This document shows, piece by piece, positions 1 through 11,613 of a DNA stretch of 20,000 nucleotides. The notes under the pieces were generated by a model that searched no databases, was not told the origin of the DNA, and was given only the letters and a program-made list of their open reading frames with translations. The stretch comes from Moniliella sp. 'wahieum' (taxonomy: Eukaryota), in the NCBI GenBank assembly GCA_003971905.1, contig RSEE01000048.1, positions 486,095 to 506,094 of the forward strand, written 5' to 3'. The stretch's first letter is position 1, and every line of letters starts with the position of its first letter. The position numbers and the translations under genes were made by a program.

Positions 1-355
1 GTCGGAGAGCGAGTCGAGGGCATAGCCCTGCGGGAGGGGTTCTTGCGTTTGCGGGGCCGGGGCACGGGATGGTCCGCACGCGGCTGCTGGGTCGCAGACG
101 AGGACGGAGGCGCGGCAGGCGCAGTACTGGAGGTGGGCTGGTCGGGGTAGCAGAACTCGGTCGTGCTGCGAGCACACACGATGCACACGGTCGGATGCGG
201 TCGCACTTGGTCTTGCGCCGCCGGCATGGCTCGCAGTTTCGGCTGTAGCGCGGCGCTGTTGGGGGCGGGTGGGACGGCGACGGAGGAGGCGGACGTGTGG
301 CGGCGGGGGCAGGGGGCGGGGGAAGGGAGCTGGGACTGGGCTCGAGGCTGGGCAT
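1..355 (-). CDS. Zn(II)2Cys6 binuclear-cluster fungal transcription factor, 5' part (continues beyond window start; not in the ORF track)
   Basis: ATG at 355 in CCGCC-ATG context. Translates MPSLEPSPSSLPPPPAPAATRPPPPSPSHPPPTAPRYSRN-CEPCRRRKTKCDRIRPCASCV, then after an apparent 1-nt deletion near 170 L-RSTTEFCYPD. This gives the full C-x2-C-x6-C-x5-C-x2-C-x8-C pattern, followed by a basic NLS-like PRPRKRKNPSRR. Confidence 0.88.
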   Translation of the reverse strand, partial: MPSLEPSPSSLPPPPAPAATRPPPPSPSHPPPTAPRYSRNCEPCRRRKTKCDRIRPCASCVLAARPSSATPTSPPPVLRLPRLRPRLRPSSRVRTIPCPGPANARTPPAGLCPRLALR

Positions 356-420
356 GGCGGTGGCGGCGGAGGGCGGCGGCGGAGGAGCGGCAGCAGCAGA
401 GGACGAGGCAGGCGACGGGT

Positions 421-483
421 GGACGCAGACGCAGACGCAGGCGCAGACGCAGAAGCAGACGTAGAAGAGCCGCAGCCGCAGCC
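421..483. repeat. Degenerate hexamer microsatellite (GCAGAC)n/(GCAGCC)n upstream of the Zn-cluster ATG
   Basis: ggacgcagac gcagacgcag gcgcagacgc agaagcagac gtagaagagc cgcagccgca gcc. Confidence 0.8.
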
Positions 484-942
484 GGAAACACTGGCGAGCG
501 CATCGAGGCCAAGACAGAGCCGAGCCGGGGCCGGGCGGGGGGATGGAAGGAGGAGCTTGCTATCCTCGACGTGTGTTCGAATGGCCTGTGTACTGCTGCT
601 GCTCCTCCGTCATCGGCAGGAGCCGGAGAGAGGGTGACGTGCGTCGTCTATCACATGAAACGTTCCGGAACGTACGCTTTTTGCTGCCCATCGTACCTTG
701 GTCCCAGCCACAACAGGCAAGCCGGCACAGCGCCAGTCTGGTGCGTTGCCTCGCCTCTGACTGCAAGTCCTTCTTTCAGGTCTGGGGCCTGCGGCGTATG
801 CTGCACCCAGCACACCCGAGCAAGTCAGCCCTCCGCCCAACAACCCGCCAGGTTAGGCCCAGTCGCCGTTCGGCCGCTCTACAGCGGCAAACCCTCGCGG
901 GTGGCAATTCAGTCGGATACGCAGTCCTCATCGGTGTCAATG

Positions 943-970
943 AAGCTTCAAGCTTCAAGCTTCAAGCTCC
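943..970. repeat. Tandem heptamer (AAGCTTC)3 + AAGCTCC
   Basis: Read directly at 943-970. The first unit sits inside the palindrome TGAAGCTTCA (941-950). Confidence 0.85.
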
Positions 971-2159
971 AAGAGGGCCCGTGAGATGCCAGTCGCCGTC
1001 AAGGCGGCGAAGCGTAGCGGGGCAAAGCGGCCTTTTAGTTTCGCTACAGCAACCATCCGGACGCTATCGCACTTGTGGCCAACGCACCGTCACATATCGT
1101 CACACGTCACCGGGTAGGGGATTGGTTGCATGGCAGGGGCGCGCGACCTCGTTGCGGAGACCCGAAAAAGCTTTAAAACTCCTCAGGCCCCAAGCCGGAA
1201 GCTGGAAGAGGGGCCCGAACGGGACCTGGACTATAGGACGCCAGATGCGCCAACGTCCTGAACCACTGCACGTTGAACCGCCCCGTGACTAGCATGACTC
1301 GACACTGCGGCCGTTATTTGCTTCGCTTGCCACAGATTCCGCGGCCCCGACCCCGCAGTGGTGCAATCCCGGACATAAGTGCGGCTCCGGGCATAAGCAT
1401 ACCCCGCGCACCACAGGTGTACGTATGTATGCGAAGGGGGTGTACTTTAACCCGCGTCTGTCATGCCTACGCGGCGCGCTGAAGCACGCCAAAAAGCTCC
1501 GAAGCACAGCGGACGACAGTAGGACACGGCAGTGGCCACGTCGGACGTAGAGGCGCGGTACACTTGGCTTCAGGCCGCAGGCCTGTAATAGACTTACTCT
1601 GTTCTGCACGCCCCCAACCTTAGCTACAGACAGGGTTACATGGTTACAAAGCAAGGCGTGCCCTGTCCGCTAATAGCCACGACTGTGAGGATGGATCATC
1701 GTCAATGTTGAACGTTGATGACGCCCAATCTTCTGCTGTCCATATAGAGTGCACATGTCATTCCAGCCGAGAGCCATACCATAGTGCAAGACCGGAGGAA
1801 CCCAAGGATTTGATTGGGTGGATAACCTCTGGAAATGTAGAGCAATGCAATCGCGGTGATAGTGGTTAAGGATTAAGCTGTCAGCCACACCTAGAGGAGA
1901 CAGGGGTTCAAACAAGCCTGAGTATACGTGGAAGCTTCGGAGGTCAAGTAAAGGGCAAAGGGGGAAGGCGCCCTGGCCCATGTGGGCCGTGGGTTCCAAC
2001 ACACAGAACAGCACCTTATATAACAAGAAAATACCACACCGATTCACCCCGGACTGTAGTTTGCCGACGGACTGAAAGCGGGCGGGGAAGGCGAAGGCGA
2101 AGTAGACGTGGAAGGCACAGCAAAGGCAGGAGAGCGCGCGCCAGGCCAATCCAACTCGC

Positions 2160-5100
2160 TCAGAGTGTGAACAGGAAGCGCAAGTCCGACACACTCAGCC
2201 GTCCCATCGCGCTGTCGTCCTTGCCGATCGCAGCCTCAATCATGGCGCTCTTCTTGTTTTGTAGTTCGATGATGCGACTCTCAATCGAGTTCTCAATGAT
2301 CAGCCGCTTGACCACAATCGGCCGGTGCTGGCCAATGCGGTGAATGCGGTCCATTGCCTGCGTCTCCACGACGGGTTCCACCACGGCTGACACGAGCCCA
2401 ATCACAATGTCAGTTCACTTCTCTCATTACGCGTCAAGGGCAAGGTACGCCAGAGGGTACTTACATCCATCAGATACACCCGGCTTGCCTCGACCAAGTT
2501 GAGTGCCACGCCACCTGCCTTGAGGGAGAGGAGGAGAACGGTGGTGTGGGTGTTGGCTTGAAAGTGCTTGATGGTCTTGTCTCGCGCTTCGGGGGTCATG
2601 GAACCTTCAAGGCGGCAGATGGAGAAACCAGCGCGTTGGAGCCGGAACGCAATCAGGTCCAAAAAATTAGTAAACTGACTAAACACAAGCGATTTGATCG
2701 TCGAATCCTCCCGACGGAGCGAGATGAGCTCTTCGACCAACGCCTCAATCTTGGTTGACGACCGCCACTGATCCATGTTGAGACGGGAGAGGATGCCCTG
2801 CCGCGCAGTGTCGTACCCGACCGGCGGGGAAAGCGCCTCTTGTTCCAGATCAATCACAATCGTCGCATGGCAGTAGGGGCAGTCGTGGGCATGCGCGTGC
2901 GAGCCCGGTTCCGTGTCGAGATATTCGCGAATGCAGAGGCGGCAAAAGACGTGCCGGCACTTGGACAGGATCGGGTCCTCTGCCACATCCATACAGATCC
3001 TGCACACTCGATTATTCTGCTCCGCATCATCGGCGAGCAGGTGCTGTTGAATTCCGGTTTGGGAGCGAAGCACCAGATCGGGGTGGTTGGCCATCTGACG
3101 CATGCGGGTAAGGAGGGTAAAAATGTTGCTGTAGTTGTTCAGTACGGTACCCTGGTTGAGATAGGTGGAGAATTTGCGGGTAGTGTCCTTGTACAAGCTT
3201 TCGTACAGGTCTTCCTCCTCTTCGTTGAACTGGTCGCGCCGGACCAGAACCGTGCGAGGCGGCAATCCCATATCATCCGCACGCTCTAGTTTGGTACGGC
3301 GGAGCATGATGTGCGCCAAGAGCGAGTGCAGACGACCAAATGCGTCTCGCCCCTCGCCCGAGTCGACGCCACCACGCTGAATGGGTTTGAGAATCTCACT
3401 GTTCCAGAAAGAGGAATGATGCATGGGCGTGTGGCCGCATTGGTCGCAGGAGCGCTTATCGCTAAAACCAGTGAAGTGACTTGCATTCGCATCGCAGGCA
3501 AAAGTAGAACGCGTAAGGGTCTGCCCCCAAGAAACGGATCATAGAGTAGAGCTCTCCCACTCGGTTCTGCAGGGGTGTGCCGGAAAGACACCACCGATAA
3601 TCTCCTGACAGCTCGAACGCAGCCTTGGCCATGTTGGTGGTTCGCTCCTTGATGTTGTGCGCTTCGTCCAACACAATCCGATGCCAATGGGTGCTGTGGA
3701 GGGGGCTGTCTTCAAAAATAAGTTCGCCATTGCGCCTCCACCCTTTCACCTGCTTGCTGAACGATCGTTCCATCGTTTGGTAGGAGGTCAACACCACATC
3801 GTAGTTCTTGAGCTCGTTCGCATTCCGTTCGCGTTTGAGACCATGCCAAAGAAGGACATTCATCCCAGGCGTGTACTTGTTAATTTCGTTGCGCCACTGC
3901 ATGATTGCGACCGTGGGAGCAACCACCAATGCTGGGCCTTTTTTCTCGTGATAGTCCGACATGAAGAGCCCGATCATCTGGATCGTCTTGCCTGCCCATC
4001 TCGTCAGCAAGAATACCACCGGCCCACTCCGACTTTTCCTGTTTGGTGAGCCAGTTGATGCCCTCGAGCTGGAAGGGAGTAGTTTGATCGTCATGCCTGG
4101 TGGCTGTTCAGCCTCTTCGACTTTCCGAACGGGGGATTGGGCGAGGTCCTCCCAAATGGTAGTTAACTCGGGGTGATGGGGCAACAACCGTTCGCGCAAT
4201 TGGTCGTACCGGGACCGAGTATCTTTTCGCTTACGCGCTCGCTCTCGCCTCCGCCGTTGGATTGCCGTCTCATAGCGAATGTCCTCGGCCATCGAGCCAC
4301 GAGCCAAAGGAACATCGGACAAGGCACCATCAGCAGCGTTCGGAGCATAGGCAGCGAACATGGGCATCACTGTCCGACTCGGAATCGACCTGACGTTGTT
4401 GCGCGTCATCAACCTGAAAGTCACTGTCGTCGTCATCGTCATCGTCTTGTTCGCTATCATCGATCTTGGCCTGTTTGGATGACCGCGTAGCACGCTTACG
4501 TGGAGGGGGGGGCGAGAGGGGGCCCAAATCACTGTCGCTCTCAGACTTGTACTTGCGCTTTTTCTCTTGCGGTGCGGTCCGTCCACGAATTGGGGAAGGC
4601 GCCTTGGCCTTTCCTTTCCTTTCGCTTTGCCACCATTTGGGCCATGTGGTGGCTGGGAGAGCGGCAAGGAGGAGGAGAGGCACTGGCTGATTCCTTCTTA
4701 ACGGCAGATTTGGCTTTGGACCGAGTGGATGGAAGGGTAACTTGGAAGGCATCAAAACAGCATCAACCTCATCCTCGTCGGTAGTGTCGCCCTCCATGTT
4801 GGATTCGACGGCACCCGTCTCCTCTGCCTCCTCCACTCTTCCTCCTTCACCTCTCCTTGAGGGAGGGGCGCCCCTGCGACCAGAGGTAGACCGAGCGGGG
4901 TTACGACGAGAAGCCTGGGCCGCTTGGCAGGTGTGGGGGGGAGATGCCTCCAAACCGTCGCTCGCCGGGACCACTACGGTGGCGGCAGCTGCAGTCTTGG
5001 CCGCACCACGGCGGGCGGACGCACGGGTGGGCGGGCGCACAGGGACATGGCACGGAGAGACTCAGGGTCTGGGTCGGTGAGGCTGTCGGATTCGTCCACG

Positions 5101-5280
5101 ACCACGAGGGAAGCCAGCTTGGCCGGCGGGGGGACGGCCGGAGGGGACGGGGAGGAGGCGACGGTGTGGGCCAGACTGGTTTGGCCTGTCGACGGCGGCG
5201 GCGGCAGGCGACGGTGTCTCCGACACGGCGCGCAGACGGGCGGAGCGGCGGGGCGCGGTGGCGGAGGCGGACACAGCCAT
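2160..5280 (-). CDS. RAD16: RAD16-like SNF2-family ATPase/RING-finger nucleotide excision repair protein; one intron (2387-2464); several apparent frameshift errors
   Basis: Frame-corrected motifs: [12 protein letters not shown]...GGILADEMG[M]GKTIQMI (motif I), [12 protein letters not shown] (Ia), [13 protein letters not shown] (II), [17 protein letters not shown] (III), the Rad16-type C..C.CKSLHW...C..CGH.PMHH insert, MLRRTK, C3HC4 RING (CRIC...CRHVFCRLC...CPYCH), [55 protein letters not shown], and C-terminal DLRFLFTL*. The intron is GTAAGT...CTGAC...CAG. The probable start ATG at 5280 (CCCGCC-ATG-G) is less certain, and the N-terminus is low-complexity/acidic. Confidence 0.93.
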
Positions 5281-5539
5281 GGCGGGCGCGGCGGCGGAGG
5301 TGGCGGGCACAGAGAGAAGAAGACCAAAGCAGACGCCCAGAAAAGCGAAGACAGCGTAATAGCCCTGGCTGCTTCCAGCTTCACGCTTAATTACCTGAGC
5401 GGCTTATCGCAACACTGCCGCGCTGCCGGGCGAGGATCGTGATCATCGACCGTCGGTATGCATACGCCGCAAACTAAGTTAGCTAAGCGCCGGTGCCAGC
5501 CGCGGCACTTTAAGTAACGAGCGAACCAGCGCAGGCGGA

Positions 5540-5563
5540 ACGCGTCACGCGCGTCGGCGCGTC
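5540..5563. promoter_or_regulatory. Cluster of three CGCGTC (MCB/MluI-box-like ACGCG core) motifs about 260-280 nt upstream of the RAD16 start
   Basis: a-cgcgtc-acg-cgcgtc-gg-cgcgtc, including one perfect ACGCGT at 5540-5545. Function is inferred only. Confidence 0.35.
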
Positions 5564-5770
5564 ACTGTGTCACACATCACACGCACATCACGCTCCTTCC
5601 AGCCCTTCCGGCTCACCGGTCATCGATCATCGGTCTCTGGCACCACGCTTCCGCATATCCGGCCAAGCCGCCTGTGCCTGCTTGGCTTCCAGGACTACGA
5701 GGGAGGGTGTGCTCGCTACAGGGTATGCATTCAGCCGGAGCGACCGGGCCGACCAGTCCAGCCCCGCGAG

Positions 5771-6898
5771 TTAGGACTTGATGATTTTGAGGCGCATCGA
5801 CTTGTGCAGTCTGCCGCAAAGTGTCCACAGCCAGCGTCAGTAGAGAGCGCAGAGATGCGGGGAAAAGGCCCACTTTCACGCAAGTAATCCAGGTGCTTGA
5901 TGTGCAACGCAGCGTGCTGCTTCACCCCCTCCCCACTCCATATGCGGCGGCGGGCGTCGTAGCCAAAGACAACCGTGCGATCCGGCAGCCGGTCGAGCAC
6001 GGGTGTGCTTGGCCCGGTGGCTGTGTCGAGCACGGGTGCTGGGGCTGGTCGCTGTGTCGTGGGTCGCGGGCGCCGCGATATCCGACCCGGTGGAACCAGC
6101 CACCTCCGCACCTTCCGACTGTCCATCTGGAAAGACCCACGCACGAGGGAATGTCAGTACACGACCCACACACAACACTGCCGAAAAGGCGAACCCAGTT
6201 GAAGTTCTTCGTCAACGCTTGCCTCAACATCTCCTCCACATCGTGGCCAGCAATGGGGTTGGGGTACACCGAGCATCCGGCCCCGATGGTGCAGTGGGAG
6301 GGAATGGCCATGCCGGGAGCGACAAAGCTGCGCACCTCAAATGTGTTGTTGGAGCCCACCGAGGCAGCTTCCACACCTGCAGGTGGCAATGGAGTCAGTC
6401 AAGTGAGTGCGTGGGCCTGCAGCAGCAGAGGGCAGAGGGGTCGAATGCTGAACACGTACGGGATCCACCTCAAGTAGTTATAATCGCCGATGCGAAGAAT
6501 GCCAGGCCCCCTGTTTGAACCAGGCAAAATGAGGCAAGTAAGGTCAGGACTGGCCGGTCCAAAGAAGGAAGAAACACGACATACCGATTGATAATGACCG
6601 CTTCCTCCTCTACGAGGCAACCGGTGCCCAGGATAATGGGCGCGCCAAGCGCCAAGATGGATGCACGTGGATGCACAACAGATTGCGTGCCAATGCGTAC
6701 GTTTCCCAGGATAACGGATTCCTCCGCAAGTGTCACTCGTGTGCCCACCGTGATCTTGTCGGCCAGCCATGCGGGGTCGTCTGGCGTCAGTCGGGGTAAG
6801 GGCGGGGCAGATGGAGACGCGGGGGCCGCATGATCGCTTGCGGCCGAGGGCGACACTTTGCGTGCCGGAGCAAAGAACTGTTCAGCACTAGCGGGCAT
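5771..6898 (-). CDS. DCTN6: Dynactin subunit p27 (DCTN6), left-handed beta-helix protein; introns 6511-6584, 6377-6459 and approx. 5811-5873
   Basis: Hexapeptide-repeat LbH sequence ITVGTRVTLAEESVILGNVRIGTQSVVHPRASILALGAPIILGTGCLVEEEAVIINR|GPGILRIGDYNY[F]EV..R|VEAASVGSNNTFEVRSFV...CTIGAGCSV, and C-terminal LPDRTVVFGYDARRRIW...HIKHLDYLRE..LHKSMRLKIIKS*, typical of p27. Intron donors GTATGT, GTACGT and GTGGGC with CAG acceptors. Small indels are needed to join the frames. Confidence 0.85.
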
Positions 6899-8194
6899 GC
6901 GCGTGGTTAGCTGGCGAAGAGACAGCGCGCGTATTGCGGAGCGGCGAGCTCACCTCTTGTTCATGCTCTGGCCCGGGCAACGATAGCAATGTGCGTGTGG
7001 CGCGCCCGCCCCAGCAATTGCGACAGCCGGCAGCAGCCAACCGGAATGCGCCAAGCGAGCCGGTGGATTACGTAACACCCGTATGCTCTTCCATCCACTG
7101 CAAGCTCCGCCGCCTTCTGTGACACTTGCTTCTGAAATCCCTTGAAAACTATCACTCACACTCAACACGTTCACTCCACCAAGGAAGAGGAGGCCTGAGG
7201 GGGTCAGCGAGCAGCCCCATCGCTCATGTGCTCATCTCTCTCGGCGGATCGAGCTCGTTCTTCGATCCTTCGCCTTCGTTGGCGCGGCCGATTCAGAAGC
7301 TGGAGATGCGCACAAGCGTTTCCAAAAGACGTCTCTCTGTCAGCACTTGTTCGCAGCTCAAGCCGCCACTGGTCGAGAGCCCTGGCTCAGCCTCCCATCG
7401 TTGCGTTTGATCCATGCGGGAAACGTCGATACGCTCAGTTAATGCTGGAGTTCAACACGCTCAGCCTGTTGGTTCGCAGCCCGAGAGCCGACACGCACAC
7501 GCAATTGCTGGTTCAATCTGCTGAGCTAGAGCACCCCATAGACGCTCTGTTGGTGACGATCGCAACCCTCGAGCCGGTGCTGATGCGCTGATGCGCTGAT
7601 GACTTGGGTTCAAATGACCACGGTGGGTCCAGAGCTGGGCATGGCCGAGGACCAGCTGCTGATGGCCGCCGTCGTGACAGACAAGTCGAACTTGCGGCTG
7701 GGCTCACTTGGCACGACGCATAACCGGCCTAACCATCCATAACCTCAGCAGCACCGGGCCGGGCACGGGGGAAGCGGGCGGGGCAGTAGGGTTGGCCCAG
7801 GGTTGCACGTTGTTTGCGCTCACAGTTTAATTTGAGCTCGGGGCGCTGGCAGCAGGCAGGGGGCGGTTGGCGTTGAAAGTGGGCTGGTTGGCGTCGCACG
7901 GCGCCAGTGGCCGCACCCGGGAATAGAACCATGCTCCCAGCGCAGCGCCGCAGCCCAGCGCACCCCGTCGCGCTGCCCCTCCCCCCACGGGCTGCCTGGC
8001 CCGGGCCCAGCACGGCGCCAGTGCTCCCACCCCCCTGGTTTCACGGCGCTCGCTGTGGCGCATCGCATCGCACGGACCCCCCCCCCGACGCGCAGCAATA
8101 AAACCCACTTTGCTTCCGCCCGCCGCGCCCACACCTTCTCCCCATCACCTCCCCCCCCTCCACTCCCCCTACAGCCACATCATACTCACTCACC

Positions 8195-8973
<779 letters not shown>

Positions 8974-9320
8974 TGATATTGACCAGCCAGCGCAATGACA
9001 TTTACTGCACTACAAGGTCTAGTCATCTGGTCATCGATTATCCTGTTCCGGTAGTTATTTGCAGTCTCGCACGTTGCAGATCTCTTGTGTTTTGTTAGAT
9101 CGGCTCTACACTGTGTGCCGTGTGCGTCGTCGCTGTCCTCTCAGGGAGCGGCACCACTGGATGGTAGCTGAGAAGATTTAGAACCCCATGGAATAGCCCA
9201 AACCGATCGCGCTGAGATTAGGGGGCGCTGAGAAGGTCGGAAGATCGAGGTGCCGCAGCGCAGGTGGCACTATTGAATTGAGGCCTACTCCTCAGCCTGG
9301 GGGGCAAGGTGTGGCGCTTA

Positions 9321-9328
9321 TTACGTCA
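9321..9328. promoter_or_regulatory. CRE-like bZIP (ATF/CREB, Atf1/Sko1-type) site TTACGTCA about 130 nt upstream of the DJ-1/PfpI ATG
   Basis: Sequence ttacgtca (reverse complement TGACGTAA). A single 8-mer, so function is inferred. Confidence 0.3.
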
Positions 9329-9455
9329 GCATGCCCCATACCAACTCTATGATTAACGAATGAGCTCGGGCCACTTGCGCTTGAGCATGGGCAGGCAGCT
9401 AGTTCGTGCCTCTTCTCTCTTCCTCCACTCTTTTGATCGCTGCACCATCTTGACC

Positions 9456-10096
9456 ATGGCTCCCAAAGTCCTTCTCATTGCCGGCGATGCGTCGGAAGAC
9501 TTGGAGGTGTACTACCCCTACCAGCGTCTGCTCGAGGAGGGTTACGCAGTCGACATTGCCGCGCCAAGCGTCAAAACGCTGCAGCTCGTTGTGCATGACT
9601 TTGTCTCTACCTTTGACACGTTTACCGAGAAGCCCGGTCACACGATCAAGAGCGACATGTACGTTGTTCCCTGGTGTGAAGGAGGGGATCGGGTGGCGGG
9701 CTGACCTCTTGGTTCGTTTTCCTGGGCAGTGCTCTTGACGATGTGAAGCCGGAGGAGTACGTGGCGCTCGTCGTGCCCGGTGGCCGGGCGCCTGAGTACC
9801 TGCGCAACCACCCGGCCGTGCCTGGGATTGTTCAGCACTTTGTCCAGGCCAACAAGCCAATCGCGCATCTGTGCCATGGCGCTCTGATCCTTGCAGCGGC
9901 CGGTGTGCTCAAGAACGGCGTTAAAACGGCCGCCTACCCGGCGCTCAAGACGGACGTGGTCCTGGCCGGAGGTGAGTGGGACGAGCAGGTGCCGGTTGTG
10001 GACAAGAAGATTGTTAGTGCCCAGGCCTGGCCCGATCACCCGGCCTGGTTCGGCGCCTTCCTCGCTATCCTGCGCAAGGACGCGCCCCTCAATTAG
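9456..10096 (+). CDS. DJ-1/PfpI family protein (class I glutamine amidotransferase-like; putative glyoxalase III/deglycase); one intron 9659-9729; intact frame, 189 aa
   Basis: MAPKVLLIAGDASEDLEVYYPYQRLLEEGYAVDIAAP...VVHDF..TFTEKPGHTIKSDI (intron inside the Ile codon) ALDDVKPEEYVALVVPGGRAPEYLRN...KPIAHLCHGALILAAAGVL...AAYPAL...VVDKKIVSAQAWPDHPAWFGAFL. Conserved N-terminal Glu and nucleophile-elbow Cys-His are present. The intron GTACGT...GCTGAC...CAG splices in frame. Confidence 0.93.
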
Positions 10097-10793
10097 ATCG
10101 GACCGGTCCAGCTCGACAGGCCTGCGGCGTTGGCCCACGTACCAGGTCCCGTACTCCTCTTAAGGGGGATACACCAAGTGGCAGTGTACTGAACGCCGGA
10201 AGTGACACGTGCGATGTGAGTTCGAGACGTCGGAGCTCAACCCACAGCTTATGAGATTGGAATTGGAATGCTCTCCCTGCTAAGAGCGCTAAGAGATGAT
10301 TGGTGGGCGCTGCGTCGCGTGATATGTATATAGACACCACCTTGGTCATTTTATTTCCCCCCACGCCTGCACTCCTGCTATCTCCCATGGCCAGGTACTA
10401 GCGAGGAGTCCCTTCCAGAACAAAGACAGTGTCGCATCCCTACTGCCTGGCATGCCGGACCGCCGAGCTTGCCAGCTACATCCGCCACATGGTTCGTACT
10501 TTTCCAGAATCCTCATTGCTGCCTCAATTGTTACGACCAACGAGGCACGCGAACTGCAGAGTCAGATCCAGGCTATCAAACTGGCTGCACTTGGAGCTCT
10601 CTGCCGCATCCATCCTCTGTGCATGGTAGTGAACTGGCATGAAGATTTTCTCTCCAGACTGCCGGGCATATAACTCACTCGCTCACTACTTTCGTTGATG
10701 GCAGGGCCATGGGAATGTTGGAATGCGTCGATTTACACACATACAGAGCTCTGTTCTTCCAAGTGTGCACTGGTATCCGCTTAAGCCCGAGTC

Positions 10794-11613
10794 TCAGATC
10801 TCACCTTTACCCAGCGGTCTGAACTGGTGGTAGTACGCGCGCAATCGTGCTTCACATGTGGTAGGAAAGACTCAGGCAGGCTAGCGATTTGGCGTCCTGA
10901 GAGGTATGGAAGTCGGTTAGTGGTTGTGACGGCAGCACGGACAAAGGAAGGACGGTGGTTGCGCACCCGGTGAGCCTGCCCATACAGTCAGACTGGAGAC
11001 CATGGTATTGGGGCGAGAATGGTGCCGTCTAGGATGACGGCCGAGTCCTTGATATAGCACCACCGCCCCACCACGCAGTTGCGGCCAATGTCGACATGGC
11101 TTCCAATCGCCGAGGCCTGGATGATGGAGCCAGGCCCGATGCGGACATAGTCCCCCATTTTGAGGGCAAAATAAGAAAAGGAGCCCTTGTAGGTCTTGTA
11201 CGGCGGGCGGAGAATGCTGCCATCGTCAAAGAGACAGTACCGTCCGGTGGAAATGACGACGCCAGAGCGCTGCTGGACGGCGGCAAGAGCAGCAGCTCGT
11301 TGGGCAGCTTGCTTGGTCGCCGCCGTTCCCGCCCCGTCTGCGGCCGTGTGAGCTAGGCTGCTGGCGGGTGGGGCGGCAATAGGCCGTTTGAGGTCACCAC
11401 GAAGAATGACACCCGCCTTGATAATGCACCGGCCACCGAGCATGATGTTGCTGCTGCCTTGGATCACGGCACGGCGAGAGACCTTGTTCCGGGTGGGGTT
11501 AGTGATGACATACTCGGCCACATGGTACGCTGGCACCTGCTCCGCCCACGATGCATGGTCCGACAGACGGCAGCAGCGGAAGCCATCGGGTGCTGGGATA
11601 CCGCCATGGCCAT
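10794..11613 (-). CDS. DCTN5: Dynactin subunit p25 (DCTN5), left-handed beta-helix protein; intron 10897-10966
   Basis: EYVITNPTRNKVSRRAVIQGSSNIMLGGRCIIKAGVILRGDLKR...ISTGRYCL...ILRPPYKTYKGSFSYFALKMGDYVRIGPGSIIQASAIGSHVDIGRNCVVGRWCYIKD..VILDGTILAP[N]TMVSSLTVWAGSPG|RQIASLPES, which are diagnostic p25 motifs. The intron is GTGCGC...CTAAC...CAG. The start (11613, 11607 or nearby) and stop (10794) depend on indel correction. Confidence 0.92.

Noticed and set aside
163..1292. Long + strand ORFs (273 aa, 249 aa)
   Set aside because: Low-complexity Arg/Gly/Ala translations arising from GC-rich sequence and microsatellites, partly antisense to the Zn-cluster gene, with no domain motifs.
1605..1650. 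Telomere-like words (CCAACCTTAG, AGGGTTACATGGTTAC) as a telomerase RNA template
   Set aside because: No clean 1.5-repeat CCCTAACCC-type template and no supporting structure.
7596..7662. Possible C/D box snoRNA (CTGATGA ... CTGA)
   Set aside because: The C box is part of a local CTGATGCG repeat, there is no terminal stem, and I recognised no rRNA guide.
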